Shown: positions 47,721 through 62,714, numbered from the stretch's first letter. The stretch is DNA of 64,000 bases from Azolla caroliniana (GCA_043228905.1 JBHGNT010000010.1:1426001-1490000); one strand, 5' to 3'. Made by a program: numbers and translations. The notes: generated by a model not told the origin, from the sequence alone.

Positions 47721-50004
47721 TAGGGGAGTATCTTATGTACACATAACGTTGGTGACAGTAGGTCACTAATATTTACATTAGTGAAGGGTATGTTCACTAA
47801 TGTTAAAAAGAGGCTAATGTGACTCGATAGAAGGAATTATAGGTGCATGCACTATCATGATTTGGGCAACCAATGAATAGAGACCCTTTTAGAAAGGCAC
47901 ATCTATCCAAGGGGCCTAGCAAAAGGTATAAATATGAGGCTTAGCTACCCTCATAAGCACATTACGTCGGAAGGCTGTTGTCGAAGACACCGGTGGTGCG
48001 GGCTAGGCTTTCGTCTCGATGATCGTGTTTATCTCTTCCAAGGTATAAGTCATCCTAATATCCGGTGGTATGGGACGTCGGTGGTAGGTTGGTATATTGA
48101 TTAGTAATAGACTCTTAACAGTACCTTGTTCAGAAAGCTTCACTAATACCCAATGAAAGGTATTAACATGCAATGGTGCCAAGCCTTGTGCCCCTCATCT
48201 TCACTTTGAACAATTGTTGAGCGAAGGGAGTTTTGATGAGCTTGAATTTTTTTTGTAGATTAATTGGAGCTTTTCCATAGGTCACGTGCATTCTTCTCCT
48301 TAGCCATACAGTTTAGTTAGATGTAATAGTTGACGAATTGTTTGGTTCGGTCGGATGATCTATTTTGAAACTTGATTGATTGCTCTAATACCACTTCTTG
48401 ACCTACATATATTTTGAAACTTGACCTATGTGATCAAACATGTATGTGAAAAAGTGTGATATGAATCCACTTGATTAAAGCGTGAAGCCTTGTAAGTAAG
48501 ACTTACTAGCAAAAGAGTGTATGCATAATATTTAAAGAACAAAATTACAAAACTTACTTCTTTATGGGGGGGTTAGCTCCTATTTATACATAATGAATAC
48601 AAGTGCTCTTGTATGTGGGAAACTAATACTAGATGCGCTATGTACTCATATAAGTTGGACATATACAAAGGAAGAGTTGGTCTTTTATCCGAATAGACAA
48701 GGATCTATATCCTATCAAACCATATTATTGGGCACATTGTCAGGGCCCCAATGGAATCAAGGAACTTGGTCATATCCAATCATGTGATTCCTCCATGTGC
48801 TCCACCTCACTATGGATCTCATCCAACAAATGATTGTAAGGGAGCCAATTGCATGGTGTGAACCCAATGCCATAAACTAGTTATTATACTCCTAGGTTCC
48901 ATATTTGTAATCATTCCCATACTGGTTACAAAGGGATTATGGATTATTGGTAACCAGTGTTACAATGGATTATGGATTACAAAGGGAGACGAATTAGAAT
49001 TTTTATCGAAACTTGCATGGTCAACTTGTTCTACATCACCACTATGTAATAATGCCTCACATTTGAGGATTGGCTAAGCAAGAGTGCATCCATCAACATG
49101 CCATAATAATGGGTTTGGAACATCAATATGAAACATATCAAATGGATTTCTATGGGAAAGAATAAGCGAATTGGCATTCACCTTAAGTGAACGAAGCTAA
49201 TATACAACTAGTCAAACACACTAATGGTCTTTCATCTACCATGACAATTCTAAACATTATGATCTTGGAAGACTCAATGGAAAACCATGACCATTTCGTT
49301 TGCCCTTCCGGAATGTAATGTGTCCATAGTATGAATATATCTAGCCACAAATTTTATGTGTTTGAATGGGCCATGAGCAACGAAATGTTTCTTTAGTATT
49401 TGAACAAACTCACATGATATATAGATTGTTGTTGGGAGAAAATAAGTAGAATTCCAAATGTTGATGCCATGGACATCATTCATTATCTTTGTCACTCCCT
49501 ATATGAAACGAATTTTTGGTTGCGGTGTTGTTTTGTTAGGTTATGTGTTTTGATATGCCCTTGTTTCGACTAAAACTCTAATTTGACACTCTCTGTATAT
49601 AGGTAGTCTTTGGTGTTCTAGTTTTCTCGAATTTACTTATTAGAGTTTTAGATTCATTTATTTCAATTGAAACTCTTGTTTATCTACAATAACATATTGT
49701 TGAACTTTTATTTTTGTTCACATTGAATGGTTTTCTAGACTTCACCCCATCGTTTCTCCATGTTGAAAATTTTGGTGTATTATCTCTATTGTAGTTCTTA
49801 CTTGTGTTTGTGTTGCTTTTATAAATCATTCCTTTCATTATGTGGCATAACACTAATGGGCGTTTCTAGCATTTGATTGGCTACTTAGTGGAGAAAAACT
49901 TGTATGTGGCATAACAATGATCTATTTTGCTAACTCGTTATCACAAATGTCAAGAAAAATGAAAGGGTTTACTTCTTCTTTTTTTCCCAAAAAAACACTA
50001 CTTC

Positions 50005-50228
50005 ACATTAGTTAGCAAATAGAATACAATAGAGTTCAACCTGAATCCACAATGGGATCAAAATATACAACCCAGAGGAACAACTCCATAACTAGTAAGA
50101 AAACAACAAAAACTCGCATTAGTTAGCAAATAGAATACAATAGACTTCAACCTGAATCCAGAGTAGGATCAGAATATACAACCCAGAGGAACAACTCTAG
50201 AACTAGTAAGAAAGCAAGAAAAACTCAT
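50005..50228. repeat. ~112-bp tandem duplication
   Basis: CATTAGTTAGCAAATAGAATACAATAGA...AAAAACTC occurs twice. Confidence 0.75.
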
Positions 50229-52433
50229 GCGACCCTTATCACCAACAAAACTGAAAATGCCCCATTTGACCCCGTCTCTACTTATCCCAACGAACTCTTT
50301 TATAACAAGGATATCTCGGTAACATGGCTATGCTAACCCACTTGTGCTCCGGCAATACATACATATTTACATCCCATGTACAATATTGGGAACCGTCGGT
50401 GGAAACAACCACCTAAGTGCTTGGTAGTTCCACTTAGACCTTGTAGAAGATTTGACCATCATGGGAGAACCACAAGAACTTTGATCTTGACCTTTCTGCT
50501 TCATCTAATTCCCCTTGAATCGAGTCATACCATCTGCGCAACTAGGGCACCAGCTCAAACTAGATATTTAACATCACCTCATGGCATGAAAGCTTTTGCT
50601 GCTGAAAAAAAACTTACAACATCTAGTCCAAATGTGTTAGACCAATAAACACGCCACCATAAGCCAAATCTCCTCAAAAAATTCAGAATTTGTGTTAGGT
50701 CTCACCCCATCACATTGGCACACATTACCACTCTACATTATAAATCCATGTCCTTGTAGGTTTAACTACTCTGTCTAGACTTCCCCTTTTAGGATCAATC
50801 CTTGTATAGACCCCCACACAACATTCCCATTCACACTGCAAGCGGCCACGATTCTAAGGCTTCGACTCTAGATGCTAATTGCCTTTGTACAATTCTAGAA
50901 ACAATGAGAGATTGATTCCAAAGCATGTCCACATAACTTACAGCCAACCTCACCACCACGGGAACTCAACCACTCCCCTACAAGTACTGCCTTGTGGCTA
51001 AGAAGCCACAACCAAGTCTTTATTTTTCCTGGCATATCCAATGCCCATAGTCATCTAATATGCCTTTATCCTTCCAACTATTGCGAAACTTTACAAGCAC
51101 CCATCGACTTGGACCAATGATTCATCTTCCTAGCTTGGTATTATACTCAAAAGACTTTTTCAATTTGTTTGTTCCCAATGTTTGTCACCATACCTCGAAT
51201 GGATCCCACTCCAAATCATATAACATGGCTTGTTGTCGAAAAGCCATATTTTACAATGAATAAACAAGTGGGTTTTTTGAAAACCAATATGTATGTGGTT
51301 CTATTTGTCAATGATTAAGAGAGAATGGTTTAAACCATATTATAAACTGAAACAAGACTTAAATCCTTATGGATAAAACTAGAAACAATATAGATTCTAA
51401 TTTATTTCTTACTTAAGCAAGCCCTGCACATGACTTATAAAAAAGGTAATGTTTTCAAGGATATTTTGATGAATGTTTTGGCATGGGTGTGAAAGTCGTT
51501 GATTAAATACTTGCTCTTTGGTTAAAACCCCTTCCTAATTGGTGACAGACATTTAAAGAATATTTCATCAAATATATTTCCTAACGGAATTATAATCATG
51601 GAATATATGAAGAGTGGTGTTCTAAAAGAGGAGGTGTGTCAAAGGACATCATCACACTCATACGCTTTGGTTGTTCAAGAGGATCAAAATAAACGAGAAG
51701 AGCCAAACAATAAACAAACTCGAAGAAAATCAAAGTCAAGGTATAAATATTTCGAGAATCATTTTGATGGCAAAATAGGACACATAACAAAGTATTGTTT
51801 TAAGGGGATGAAAGTGAGCTAGGCACCCAATAGTAAGCAAGTAAAGAAAGGTGAATTGTATATGAACTTGAGGACTTGATAACGTTGAGTAATAAATAAT
51901 GTTACCATAGTAATACATCATAATGGGATAAAAATATGCATGAAAACTTTGTGGTTTGCAATTGAAAATGGTGAATTGTGGCGTTGAGAAAGGTTTTTGG
52001 ATACATTGTTATTATATTAAAGTAAACATCAGAGATGGCTTCTGGATACACTATTAACATCACACTAAATGAGAGAATCCATATGAGTGGAATATGCTCA
52101 ATAATATTGGTAAGAGCATCACAAAAGTTTTAAGGGAGAGAGAACATAGTAAGATTCTAACTTCTTATAATGGTGATTTTAGGAACCAAAGAAAATACGG
52201 TACCTAGTGCTTTAGTAAAATTAGGTCATTATTGTGAATGATGACAACTAACTTATACTAGTTGACAGTTCTGTTTTTCATAATCTCAACATTCGTCAAG
52301 TCACCAAGTCCAATGTCCATATAGACAATGTTTATGAACAAAGAGGTTACAAAGGAACCACAACATTGTATGGAAATGAACAAAGGTGAGGTATATTAAA
52401 GTTCAATAGAGCATAGGCCCAACAAAGAGTTGT

Positions 52434-53768
52434 TTAACAAGCTATGGAAGTTGAGCAAGAGATAGCTCCTGCAAAGGCTGTCATGTGGGGACGGAACTTG
52501 CCAGAATAATGCAAAGAGTTGGTCGTAATACTAGGGCCCGATTGTACGAAATATGCCCCTTCAAGGAAAGTGTCGGCGATGGATCTCCAACTCCATTTTA
52601 TCCACACCTTATCAGTGGTGTCCTCACGAAGGGTCACCTGTATGCCCACCCACAATAATGTGATAGTAGAATGAGGTGCTAACATCAAGGATATGATTTT
52701 GCTGTGAAGCTATAATTGTTTCTAGGAGCAAATTGTTAGTGTGCATGATCTCAAAGATCGAGATTGAGGTCAATCCATCGAATGCAAGCAATTGGGGGCC
52801 TCTAATTCCATAATGAATATCTAATGTAATTTTGTTGTGTTTCAAATATATAAACAATTGAAATATAAGTGGTCACCTCCTTATGGGGACCCGGCGAACG
52901 GAATCGGTTGCCCTGGCTGATAATGGTGGGAGCGGCGCTACCTCCAATGGCATACTGCCCCCATCCATCATAATCGTTATTCACAATGTGGAAGTACCCA
53001 AAGCGGCACCTTCATGTTATATGCACAATGCTCACAAGATCACTAACATATTACCCAATGCAAGGAAGCAAACTAATTCTTTGATAATGAAAAATGCACA
53101 AGTTTCCTACACAATTTAAATCTATATATATTACCTCGGCATACGTTGGACTAGGCCCGTAGCGAAGTGGTTAAACACTACCGTGACCTTCATGTTGGTG
53201 TCGCGGGAGTACTTATCACTGTGACCAAGGAGCATAACCTTGTTGTGATTGGAGAAGTGATTGTTGGAGATAGTGACTAGTGTGGATGCATGGGTGACAT
53301 CGATGAGGCCATCGGCACAAGCGGCAAGGGAGTTGTGGTCGATCCAAATGTTGCGGGAAGCAAGCACACTGATAGCATCGCCATCATCGCCCACTCCAAG
53401 ACAATCATGAATGTGGAGACCATGGATGATTACATTGCTCACATGCTTCAATGAGAGGCACGGCCCGTCGGTAATGTGCACATTGGCACCACGGCCATCG
53501 AGGGTCTTGTCGCTAGAGATGTTGAGCTCTTGCTTCAGCTTGATGGTCATGTCACGAGCGAAGTAGATCCAAAGGGGTTTCTCTTGGATCACGCCATAGC
53601 GCAGCATTCCGGGCTTTGGGTTTTGGGCGTGGTCGGACGAGGAGGTAACAATGTAGAATAGGCCGGCCTTGCCCCCCGTGGTCTTGCTCCCGAACCCAGT
53701 AGCACAATCAGCTAGCTTCATCCGATGTTGTGCCCACCTTTTGTCACCTCTCCAACACTCATCAATGC
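52434..53768 (-). CDS. Pectate lyase-like protein (PL1 family); first/signal-peptide exon not resolved
   Basis: Exons ~53768-53135, 53009-52877 and 52637-52434 with GT-AG introns. Motifs [44 protein letters not shown] and YAIGGSA. Confidence 0.85.
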
Positions 53769-53859
53769 TGCATGTTCCATACCAACTTTCAAATTACTGC
53801 ATAGTAATTGATGCTCTTCCTTATTCATACATCCATCTCACATGGGACAATTCTAACTT

Positions 53860-53873
53860 ATGTATGTATGTAT

Positions 53874-53912
<39 letters not shown>

Positions 53913-53995
53913 AATGTATGTTTGTTTGTTATGTTATGTATGTATGTATGTATGTATGTATGTATGTATGTTATGTTATACATGCATACATACAT
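53860..53995. repeat. (TG)n and (TATG)n microsatellites, probably in intron 1 of the pectate lyase gene
   Basis: Read directly from the sequence. Confidence 0.9.
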
Positions 53996-56900
53996 CCCAT
54001 TGATCACATCAAGGCTTGTCTTATAATATCAATCCTTGCGCCGATGATCGGGTAATAGCACAAAACCCCACACCCAATGTATGTGCCAACATGATGTCCA
54101 TCGGGCTCAACCATAATGGAGTAACGGAGTTATGTTGTGAGGTATTTGTCACATATCAAGGGAGTTGTGGTTACTAGTGTGTGAGGTGTAGTCCTAAATA
54201 AAGGTATTGGTAAAATCATTGGATCGTGAAAGTCATTCGTCTCCCACTTGTAGAATGACATTATAAGAAGTCATCCCTTCTAAAACTATAGATACGCATC
54301 CCAATATTTGTTATGCACTATTGCTTGGAGAAGAAACTCCTACACTTTTACTTTGAAAATGTCTCAAATGTCATTTCTTGTTGTATTGCTTATGCTCTCG
54401 GTTGGAAAAAGACTTACTTATATATTTCAGCACCCCCATGTGAAAGAGACCTTGTGTATGTTTCGAGAATCCCAACTTGAAAAGTTTTTTGTAATGGGTA
54501 AATTCTAAAAATATGGATATCTTTTAACATTACTTCTCTTAAGAGGGGATTCATGTGTTATCATGATTCTTCATGACTAAGTGCATTTTAACTGTGTGAT
54601 AATAGAAATTCTTGATACAAGAACATATAGAAGATCATCTCTTTAAATTTGAGGCATGATCTTAATGATACACAAACCTTTCATATGCAAACAAGCAATG
54701 GAGGTTGAATTTGAAGTACCATAAATGCACTCCATATTCACATTGTGTTTGGATCATAATTTGTTTGTTATTTAACAAATTTGTCTCAAACAAGGTTAAT
54801 TAGAAGAGGTTCATGGAGGCCTTAGTGACAAAATCAACAATTGAATGTTTGTTATACTAGTTTGTCAATCAAGATGAACGTGATCATGGTTTCATTGACA
54901 AAATCATCTATTAAATACTAGTTGGTTATAAAGAAAACAAGATTGGATAATGAAATCTTGTAAATTCATCTATTTTCTCATCATTCCTACAACTACAAGC
55001 AAATAATGGAAACTTAAATGATTTCATGTATGACAAGGAAACTTAGTTGATATTAGTACCAAGAAACATCCCAATTCACATTTCTATGGTATGGAATGTA
55101 ATGATTCTATACTTGAATGATGATAATTACCTATTGTAATTAGGTGAGCTGAGTGCTATTATAATACTTGTTTGGAGCATACAATTGAGCAACAATGTAA
55201 TTGCCGATGTCAAAGTGATTATTAAATTATGTTTGTTATTTGCCTTATAAATATTATTAATCTTCATCTTATTAGTTTGGATGATATCATGAATTTCAAT
55301 GTGTTTATATATCATGAATACAAAGTGAGCTACTTGTCATGATCAGATGCCGAATTAATTCGTTTCAAGTTTTTGTGAGTTAACAATATACTAATGTTAT
55401 CATATTACAATTGGCGTTGGTGTCGATCATCGAGGAGATTATTAAGGATGTCAATCATAATTATATTATTGTTGAGTATTACTATCAATCACTTTAAGTA
55501 GTTCCTTAACCCTATGGTGTCAAATGAGAGACTTTACATGGAATCAACAAGACATTTGTGAAGTGGCCCTATCCCCTAGACAAACATTATAATATGTATG
55601 CATATGGACAATCAACAATGTCATGTGTTGTAGAACAATTGCAATAGAGAGATTTCGATCCATCATAAAGAATTATATGTAAACTGCACTCTATGTGTTG
55701 GGAATGATAGACTAGATATTACACTTAAAACCATTGCATTTCTTATATTTCCCTATAAATATTGTTGGTTGCAAAAGACTAGTGAAAATAAAAGTTGAAG
55801 ATAGAGGACAAAATAAGACACTTAAAGTTGCCTATATATTTCCTACATTAGTGTGAGTGAACCTCCCAACATCAACATTGCACCGAATATCAATTTACCA
55901 TGTCAACATCCATCGCATAGTTCTAATATGATTATCAAGACGTAGAGTTATGAATGATCCATATGTCACTCTAAAGCAATAATCTCGACAAAATGGTAAA
56001 TGATCGATCAAGCAGATGGCATTGATGATGGATCTAAATGGCAACATGACAACAAAGTGTGTGAGTCTAACATGGTTTATTAGGAGAGCCCCACATGTAC
56101 TACTAGGCCTACATGGGTCAATCACAAGGGCAATAGGGTGGACGACTCTAAGGTGGATTGTGCTAACACTCTCCCATTGGTTGTAGCTATTTGTATTTCT
56201 TTCACACAAACACACCCTTCTCCCCATAACGTGTATTAATTAGGCTATGGACTCGACTTGGAGGGCATTACCATTGAACACTAAATAACCATTCTCTTTC
56301 TGTCTTGGCTAGCTTTTCTACTCTTTCCCTTCATTCCTTCATTAGGCATGCCTTGTAAATTTGGCACCTTGTTTATAAATTTTGTCCCTATTAGACAACA
56401 GGGGTTAGATTTTCAACATTAAAATTGAAAACTCAACTATGACATGATTCTCTCTCTCTCTCTCTCATCGCCAAAAGTATTTCCACTTTGGTCCCATAAA
56501 TCATATTTGACCTCTATGAATAAAATCTATCTCTGAATATTGTACATTGTACTATAGTAAAAAAAAACCATATCTCGATGTACCCAAATTAATGTGTGTG
56601 TGTCTCCCCTCTTGTCGAGTATAGTCTTCATTTTCCAACATCAGCATGATAGGTTTAAAAGTCAAAGAGATTAAGCTCAACATTTGGAAACCGTGTCTTT
56701 ATTCTGTCACTATATGCACAATTGATGATCAAATATTCCGTATGTGTCGACAATCGATTATATGTGTTGAATAAGACAAACTAAATGGGATGCATTAGAG
56801 GAAACCCAAATAAAGCTAAATCTTTGCTTACAACAAAAATTTCTAACAGACCTACGGTAATGCACTTGACCATCAAATGCATCGGTATATACATGCCCTT

Positions 56901-58389
56901 TTCTTTGTATTATAAGATTTCGCCTTGTACGATGTAATTTCTAGAACAAGAAATTTATTGTGTGAAACATGTTAGGCATTCGTAATGGGATGGATCCCAT
57001 CATTTCATTGTGATGCCTAATAATTTCCTCTTATGATGTGTTTAATTATGTCTTGTCTAGAAGACATAAGTTAATGGCATTCAACCATCAATTATTTTTA
57101 TATAGATGTCGTATCTTTCTGACACAAAATTTCATCTATCAAAATGTTTCTTCCTAAACAAGAATCTCTTGTAGGAAACATGTTAGGGATTTGTCAAGGG
57201 GTCCTATCATTTCATTATCATGTCTAAGAATTTCCTCTTATGAGGTGTAGTGTGTTGACCTAACACTTTATTGCATATACCATGTTAGAGAACTTCGCAT
57301 CATGAAATAGCTTGGCCTTTTGCTATCATATCTCTAGGCTCAATCTAATTTTATAATGATTTGATGATACTAGAGACACTCTGTTAGGAGCAAATATGTT
57401 AGATGCTTTGGGTAGGTTTTAAACTTAGCACGTTTAGCATTCCTTAACAAGTATTAAACCTAGGTTATCGTGATCTTAAGTTCAATACCTTTAGTATTAT
57501 AGGCCTAAACACCAAAGGAGCCATTTCTCATTAGCTTAACTACACATGAGTATATTTTCCCATCCAATCATTTACCACATGCGAACATAAAAGAAGAACA
57601 TCACATTTGAGAAACCTTACACTTCCTTTGGTCAGCAGTCTCTACAAACTAAGGACATCAATGGCCCAATTTGGCCATGTGTTTTTAATGGCTTCATCCA
57701 TGTATGAAATGGTATTGGTGGTATTGAATCATGATATCTTCTTAATGACAAGTCATTTATTATCACATTAGCCCAATACCACTTTTGTATCTATGTTGGT
57801 GACTTTGTGGCTGGTATGGCTTGATTAGTTGAGTTAATCTTGGTTGGGTTAAGCACAATCAATGAAACCCTATTAAGGATGTTGGAGAGGGTAAAAGTTA
57901 TTCACTTTTAAAAATCTAACCAAAATTTGTGTGTGAATCCAACCTATGGTTAACCATGGTTAAGTTACGGAGTATTTAATGCTAAAACCCTAATCAACAC
58001 AAGGTGGGTATGGTGTTTCTTGCATCCATTCATGCATGATCATTGATAATAAGGACGTTAAGGTGGAAGAGACATCAAAGTTGTTGCCTTTTTAAACACA
58101 TGGGTTAATATAGTTTGGAGATGTTTATTCTACAATCTAGTATATTTAACGAGAAAACATGTCTTTAATCATGATATGTAATTCATAGTAAATGTTTATG
58201 GCATGGCATGGTTTTGCTTGTGATTTCTAAAATGTAGTTAGTCTTGCATGATAAAATGCATTTGTTCATAAGGTGGCATTTTTTACTTTGGTTACAATAT
58301 TCCAAGATACAACAGTGGGTAGGGTTTATGATGTTTAGTTTTACATTTCGTTAGGATTTCTCTAAATTCTAGTTAGTTTTACACAATTG

Positions 58390-59750
58390 TGTTGCCCTAG
58401 GTTGTACCAATCTGAGTTGGGACTCACAAGGGGGCGAATCCGAGTCCCAAACAAGGTATCACCTTGAGGTGGGATAACCCAATCCCAATGGGTAGTCCCA
58501 AGGGGACCACCAAACGGCTAGTTCCAATGATTAGCCACCCCAACGGCCATATTTGGCCTATATAAGGAGCATCACTCCTCATTTGTAACCATTCCCTTAT
58601 TTTGAGATTTATTCTCACTCTCATATTCTCTCATTCTCGTCTTGGCTCTAAGGAGCGTGTAACATTTTGATTTCTCTCTCTTTCTCTCTCTCTCTCTCTC
58701 TTGTTGGTTTTGGGGAGTTGTCTCGATTCTTCACGACTCAATCTCAACTTGTCCCAAATCCTAGTTGTGGATTTCGGTTTGTCCCAAATTTGGGACTGTT
58801 GTAAGCTTTTGTGTTTATAATGAAATATAACTATGATTTGTGTCGTAATTGGTACTGTAATCCAAATTGTGTTTTCTTCTGGTTTTGAGACCCCCATAAT
58901 CTAGGGGCATAACATTCGGTATCAAAGCACGCACATGAGTTGGGAAGGACACAATGCCAAGGAAGGAGAAGGAGTTTGAGGAAAGGGAAAGAGGAAGAGA
59001 TGGAGAGAGATGTAATCAGGAATCGGCCATGATCAAGAAGCCACGGAATGAGGGAGTGAAGTGGAGATCATGGTGTCATAACTAACAAAAATCTTGATGA
59101 AACGAGTGAAGGAGAAAAAGGCAAAAAAAACCAAGAAGTGGATTGAGGAGGAGAAATTGCACAAAGGAAGCTACAAGAGAGTGGCCCCATGGGAGTACTT
59201 GGGGACAAGGGAGTCCTTAGTGCTAATAGAGTGGATAATAGACATGGAGAACGACTTGGAGTGGTGTTGGATATGGCCACAAGTGTAGTTGGTGTTAGCA
59301 AGTGGATTTCTTGAGGATGACACCAAAGAATGGTGCCTTCTCAATTGGGAAGATTTCAATCTACGAATGAAATTTATCTCAAGAGATAAGTTCTCAAGGG
59401 GGGAGATGGATGGAAGACTTTGGCCCAAGAGTTTGGAAACTTGATTCGCACATTTCTAAGTATAAATGGATAATGGGTTTAATGTTGGATGTTGATGATT
59501 GGGATAGGTTGGGACAATTTTCTTGAAGAATTGTTGCCCTTGGTGCGAGAGGAAGTGGAGAAATGGGAACTGTCAACTTGGGAGGAAGTGATTGAGATTG
59601 CAGTGCGAGTAGGTGATTGGGGGGCTGCCCAATACGGAGACCCTTGGTGAGAAAGGGTTCCTCTCGAGGGTTGAGAGTGCAAGTGGAGAATTGGGGTTGA
59701 TATTGAGACGGTGTCATGAAGATTTCTGACCACAGTGAGAAAACTGGGAC
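58390..59750 (+). mobile_element. Degenerate LTR retroelement 5' end (LTR ~58390-58914, PBS-like site, decayed gag)
   Basis: TGTTGCCCTAG...CTAGGGGCATAACA ends. TATA at ~58559. CGGTATCAAAGC at 58917. Confidence 0.55.
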
Positions 59751-60134
59751 GTTTGACGAAATTGACGAAGTGCACGGCATGCACTTTCTATTCTAACAAG
59801 TGTACATATTTAGTAGGTGCCTTAAAGTGCACTAACTTGCATGCATAGTGTGATGGAATCGGGTAGAGTATCCTCAAAAAGGGGGGTATATATCCTCAAA
59901 AAATGCCTCTCCCTCTTGGTGCTATAAAAGGGAAGGTTCCTTGTAAAGGAGTTCCCCATTTTTGTTTTCTTTGGGGTTCCATGTTAGTTTTTTTTTGCCT
60001 TGTTAGCTTGAATCTAGGGTTTGCTTTCTTTTGGCGTTCTCTCAGTTCTTCCCTTCTTCTCTGTTAGGGTTTCTTTGGTATCTCCTTCTCAGCTAGGGTT
60101 TTTGTTGTGCTCGTGCGCTTGGAGGCACCATCTC

Positions 60135-60136
<2 letters not shown>

Positions 60137-60190
<54 letters not shown>

Positions 60191-60213
60191 CTATCTCTCT
60201 CTCTCTCTCTCTC
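60137..60213. repeat. (CT)n/(CTAT)n microsatellite
   Basis: Read directly from the sequence. Confidence 0.9.
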
Positions 60214-60421
60214 CCGTGCAAGACCCACCTTGCTCAGACGAGCCCCGTGTGCTCCCCGACTGGTGGCTTGGCGGCAAACGATTGTTGTGTGCTCGGAGAA
60301 GAGGTTCGTGCCCTACACGAGACTCCACTCGCTCAGGCAAGCCCCAAGCACTCCCCACCAACGAGCATAACAGAGCCGTAACAAGCTCGATTTAACAAGC
60401 TAGTACAGGTACAATGAATAC

Positions 60422-60760
60422 ATGGTGCATCCCTATGTATATATGGTGAAGGTGGCAGAACTGCGTGAGCCAAAGAGCTATGCAACAACAACAAAGGACA
60501 CCAATTTGCGAGCCACTATGGAGGAAGAGATGCAAGCATTAGCTGAAAACAAGACATGGGACTGGTTGATGCCCCCAAAGGAGGGAAGCCGATTGGATAC
60601 AACTGGGTATACAAAGTGCAGTACAATATCGAAGACTCTATCAACCGATACAAGGCCCGACTGTTGGCCAAGGCCTACGTGCAATAGCACGACATCAACT
60701 ACGACGAATCATTCACGCCGGTTGTTGTTGCCAGTAGTCGCGGCGAAGGGATAGCACCTA
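60422..60760 (+). pseudogene. Copia RT 5' fragment
   Basis: EPKSY...MEEEMQALAENKTWD, then RYKARLLAK in a shifted frame. Confidence 0.7.
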
Positions 60761-60766
60761 CACCAC

Positions 60767-62605
60767 TGTTGGGAAAACCGGTCCCTTCGGATCGGATCGG
60801 ATGAATCCGGAAGGTATCCTGATCGGATCCGGTGTGAACCAAAAGTAGGGACATATTAGTAAATATGTTTTGATGCGCCTGTTGAGGCCATACTTGTAAA
60901 TAGCCCAAAATTTATATGAGTATAAATAACTAGGGCAAAACTTATTGTGTGTAGTTGTAAGTTAGTTATTGAGTAGTTTTCACTGTACAAAGAGAGAGAG
61001 TGTGTGTGTGTGTGTGTGTGAGTGAGTGATACAAGAAGTTGTATCTGTTGTAACCGTCTATGGGTGAAGATACTGAGCAAAAGGTCGTTGCCTCTGTGTC
61101 TACCTTGTATCCTATTTCCCTTCCTTAGTGATCCAGTTTGGAGTCTATGGACTCCTGTGATTTTGCCTCTCGAGGTTTTCGACATTAACGTGGGACATTC
61201 TGACTACAAGGAGGAGAGGGGCCGGATGCGCATGAACGGGGAGGTGCATTGATGCACCCGAAATATGTCTTTTGTACAATCATGTGTAAATAAGTTAGTA
61301 TTAGTTGAGTGTTGAGGAATACTAGGTAGGAGTGATTCGATAGGTACTTTAAGGCCACACGAATAGAGAATAAGAATAATATCCAATGGAGGAAATCGAG
61401 GGAAAATCTCTGCCTGAAAGTGGATGGCTTTATGGGTGATGTAATGGCCTCCCCTTTCTCAAGATTTGGGAGGACGAAGTGTTGTCGGTTTTAGTGCCAA
61501 GCTCTCTCTCTCTCTCCTCTTTGTGTATCGTGCATTGTACATATTCGAGGAGGAAGTTGAAGCCTCTACTTGCACTTGAAGCCGTGTGCTCCCGATGAAA
61601 GGTTCAGCAAAGCCATATGGACTCTGATCCGGTCCTTCCTGCTCCCACTGGCTCCTTGGTCTGAGACCCCCTTGGTCCCACCCCGTTTCGACACATCTCC
61701 GCGGAATACCGCGACATCTTTGGTGAACCCCACATGAAAGGGGCGGCAGAGGAGTCTAAAGATGAGAGGAAATGAACTCTCTAAAGCCATGATGGTGGTT
61801 GTCGACTGCTTCGTGAACGCTCGAGAGGGCATGGGTGCCCTCGACAGGGTCATCGAAACGATCATCGGCATGATAGGCCGATTTAGTGGGAAGAACGCAA
61901 CAAGCTACCTCAAGGCCTACTGGGCCGAGATGATAATGAGGGACATCCCGAAGGACAGACGACTGTCTGATTCCCCCTAGCGGTGACATTGAGCATTCAT
62001 GTGGAGGTGCTCGAGGTACAGGCTGACTACCAGAACTGGGAGGAGTTCAAAGGACGGCTTCTCCAAAGGTATGGTTTCGACGACTCGCTCCGGCTGTCGA
62101 AACGAGAGTTCATGGAGTGGGTCGAGAGCCCCAAGAAGGGGAGGAATACAACTTGAATGCTCCTCCAGAAGTTTGAAAAATGATTTGCTCGCCTCTCGGC
62201 GCTAGACTGGACCGTGCTCGATACAAGCCGGGTCCTATTATTCATCAAGTTGGTAGATGCGCTTGATCGAGGAAGGTGGGTCTTCTCTTGGAGACAGATG
62301 AAGGGCTCATTGCCGACTAGGCCGTTGTTACGAAAGTATGTAGTCGTTTCGACGAGCGGCGGGACTGGAATGATGTGGGGGTGTCAGCAGTCGGCCGAAA
62401 TGCCGGGAAAAGGACGAAGGAGATTCTGACTCGGTAGGAAGACACTAGGAGATGGCTTGAGTCGGGCGAGGTTCCAACCGACGTAGTGAAAGGCCTATCC
62501 GAAGGCGTAGCTCTGGAGGACCTAACGAGGATGGTGTGAGACCTCTAAATTGCCTAGGCCCGGAGGTAAGGCGACGACCAATCACGTGATCGGCGCCCTC
62601 CGAAT
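60767..62605 (+). mobile_element. LTR-like segment followed by a decayed gag-like ORF
   Basis: Starts TGTTGGG with LTR-like composition to ~61200. Gag-like peptide GRFSGKNATSYLKAYWAEMIMRDI at 61762-61980. Confidence 0.45.
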
Positions 62606-62714
62606 TGTTAGCAAACAGGTCCCTCTGGACGGGAAGTCAGAAGACCCGGTGAGAACCGGATGTTGCAGGCCCCGGTGAGAACCTCTCATAGGATGGAAGG
62701 GACATATATGTAAA
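62606..62714 (+). repeat. Start of a copia-1-family LTR, interrupted by the next element
   Basis: TGTTAGCAAACAGGTCCCTCTGGACGGGAAG resembles the LTR start at 1460 and 6101. Confidence 0.7.

Larger units (their letters stand above)
41101..48120 (+). mobile_element. Ty3/gypsy chromovirus-type LTR retrotransposon, degenerate
   Basis: LTRs at 41101-41574 and 47731-48120 (the 3' LTR lacks ~84 bp). PBS TGGTATCAAAGC at 41576. PPT AGTAGGGGAG at ~47719. PR LFDSGSS, RT FLDD, RH NASDYAIGAVL, INT, and a chromodomain-like tail at ~47553-47695. Flanks ATACT/GTACC. Confidence 0.92.

Noticed and set aside
48121-52300. Possible genes among short ORFs (e.g. 50376-50648, 51598-51822)
   Set aside because: No coherent motifs. 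They look like heavily decayed LINE or copia remnants that I cannot delimit.
54300-58380. AT-rich stretch upstream of the pectate lyase gene
   Set aside because: No supportable coding or structural feature beyond short microsatellites and weak local repeats.
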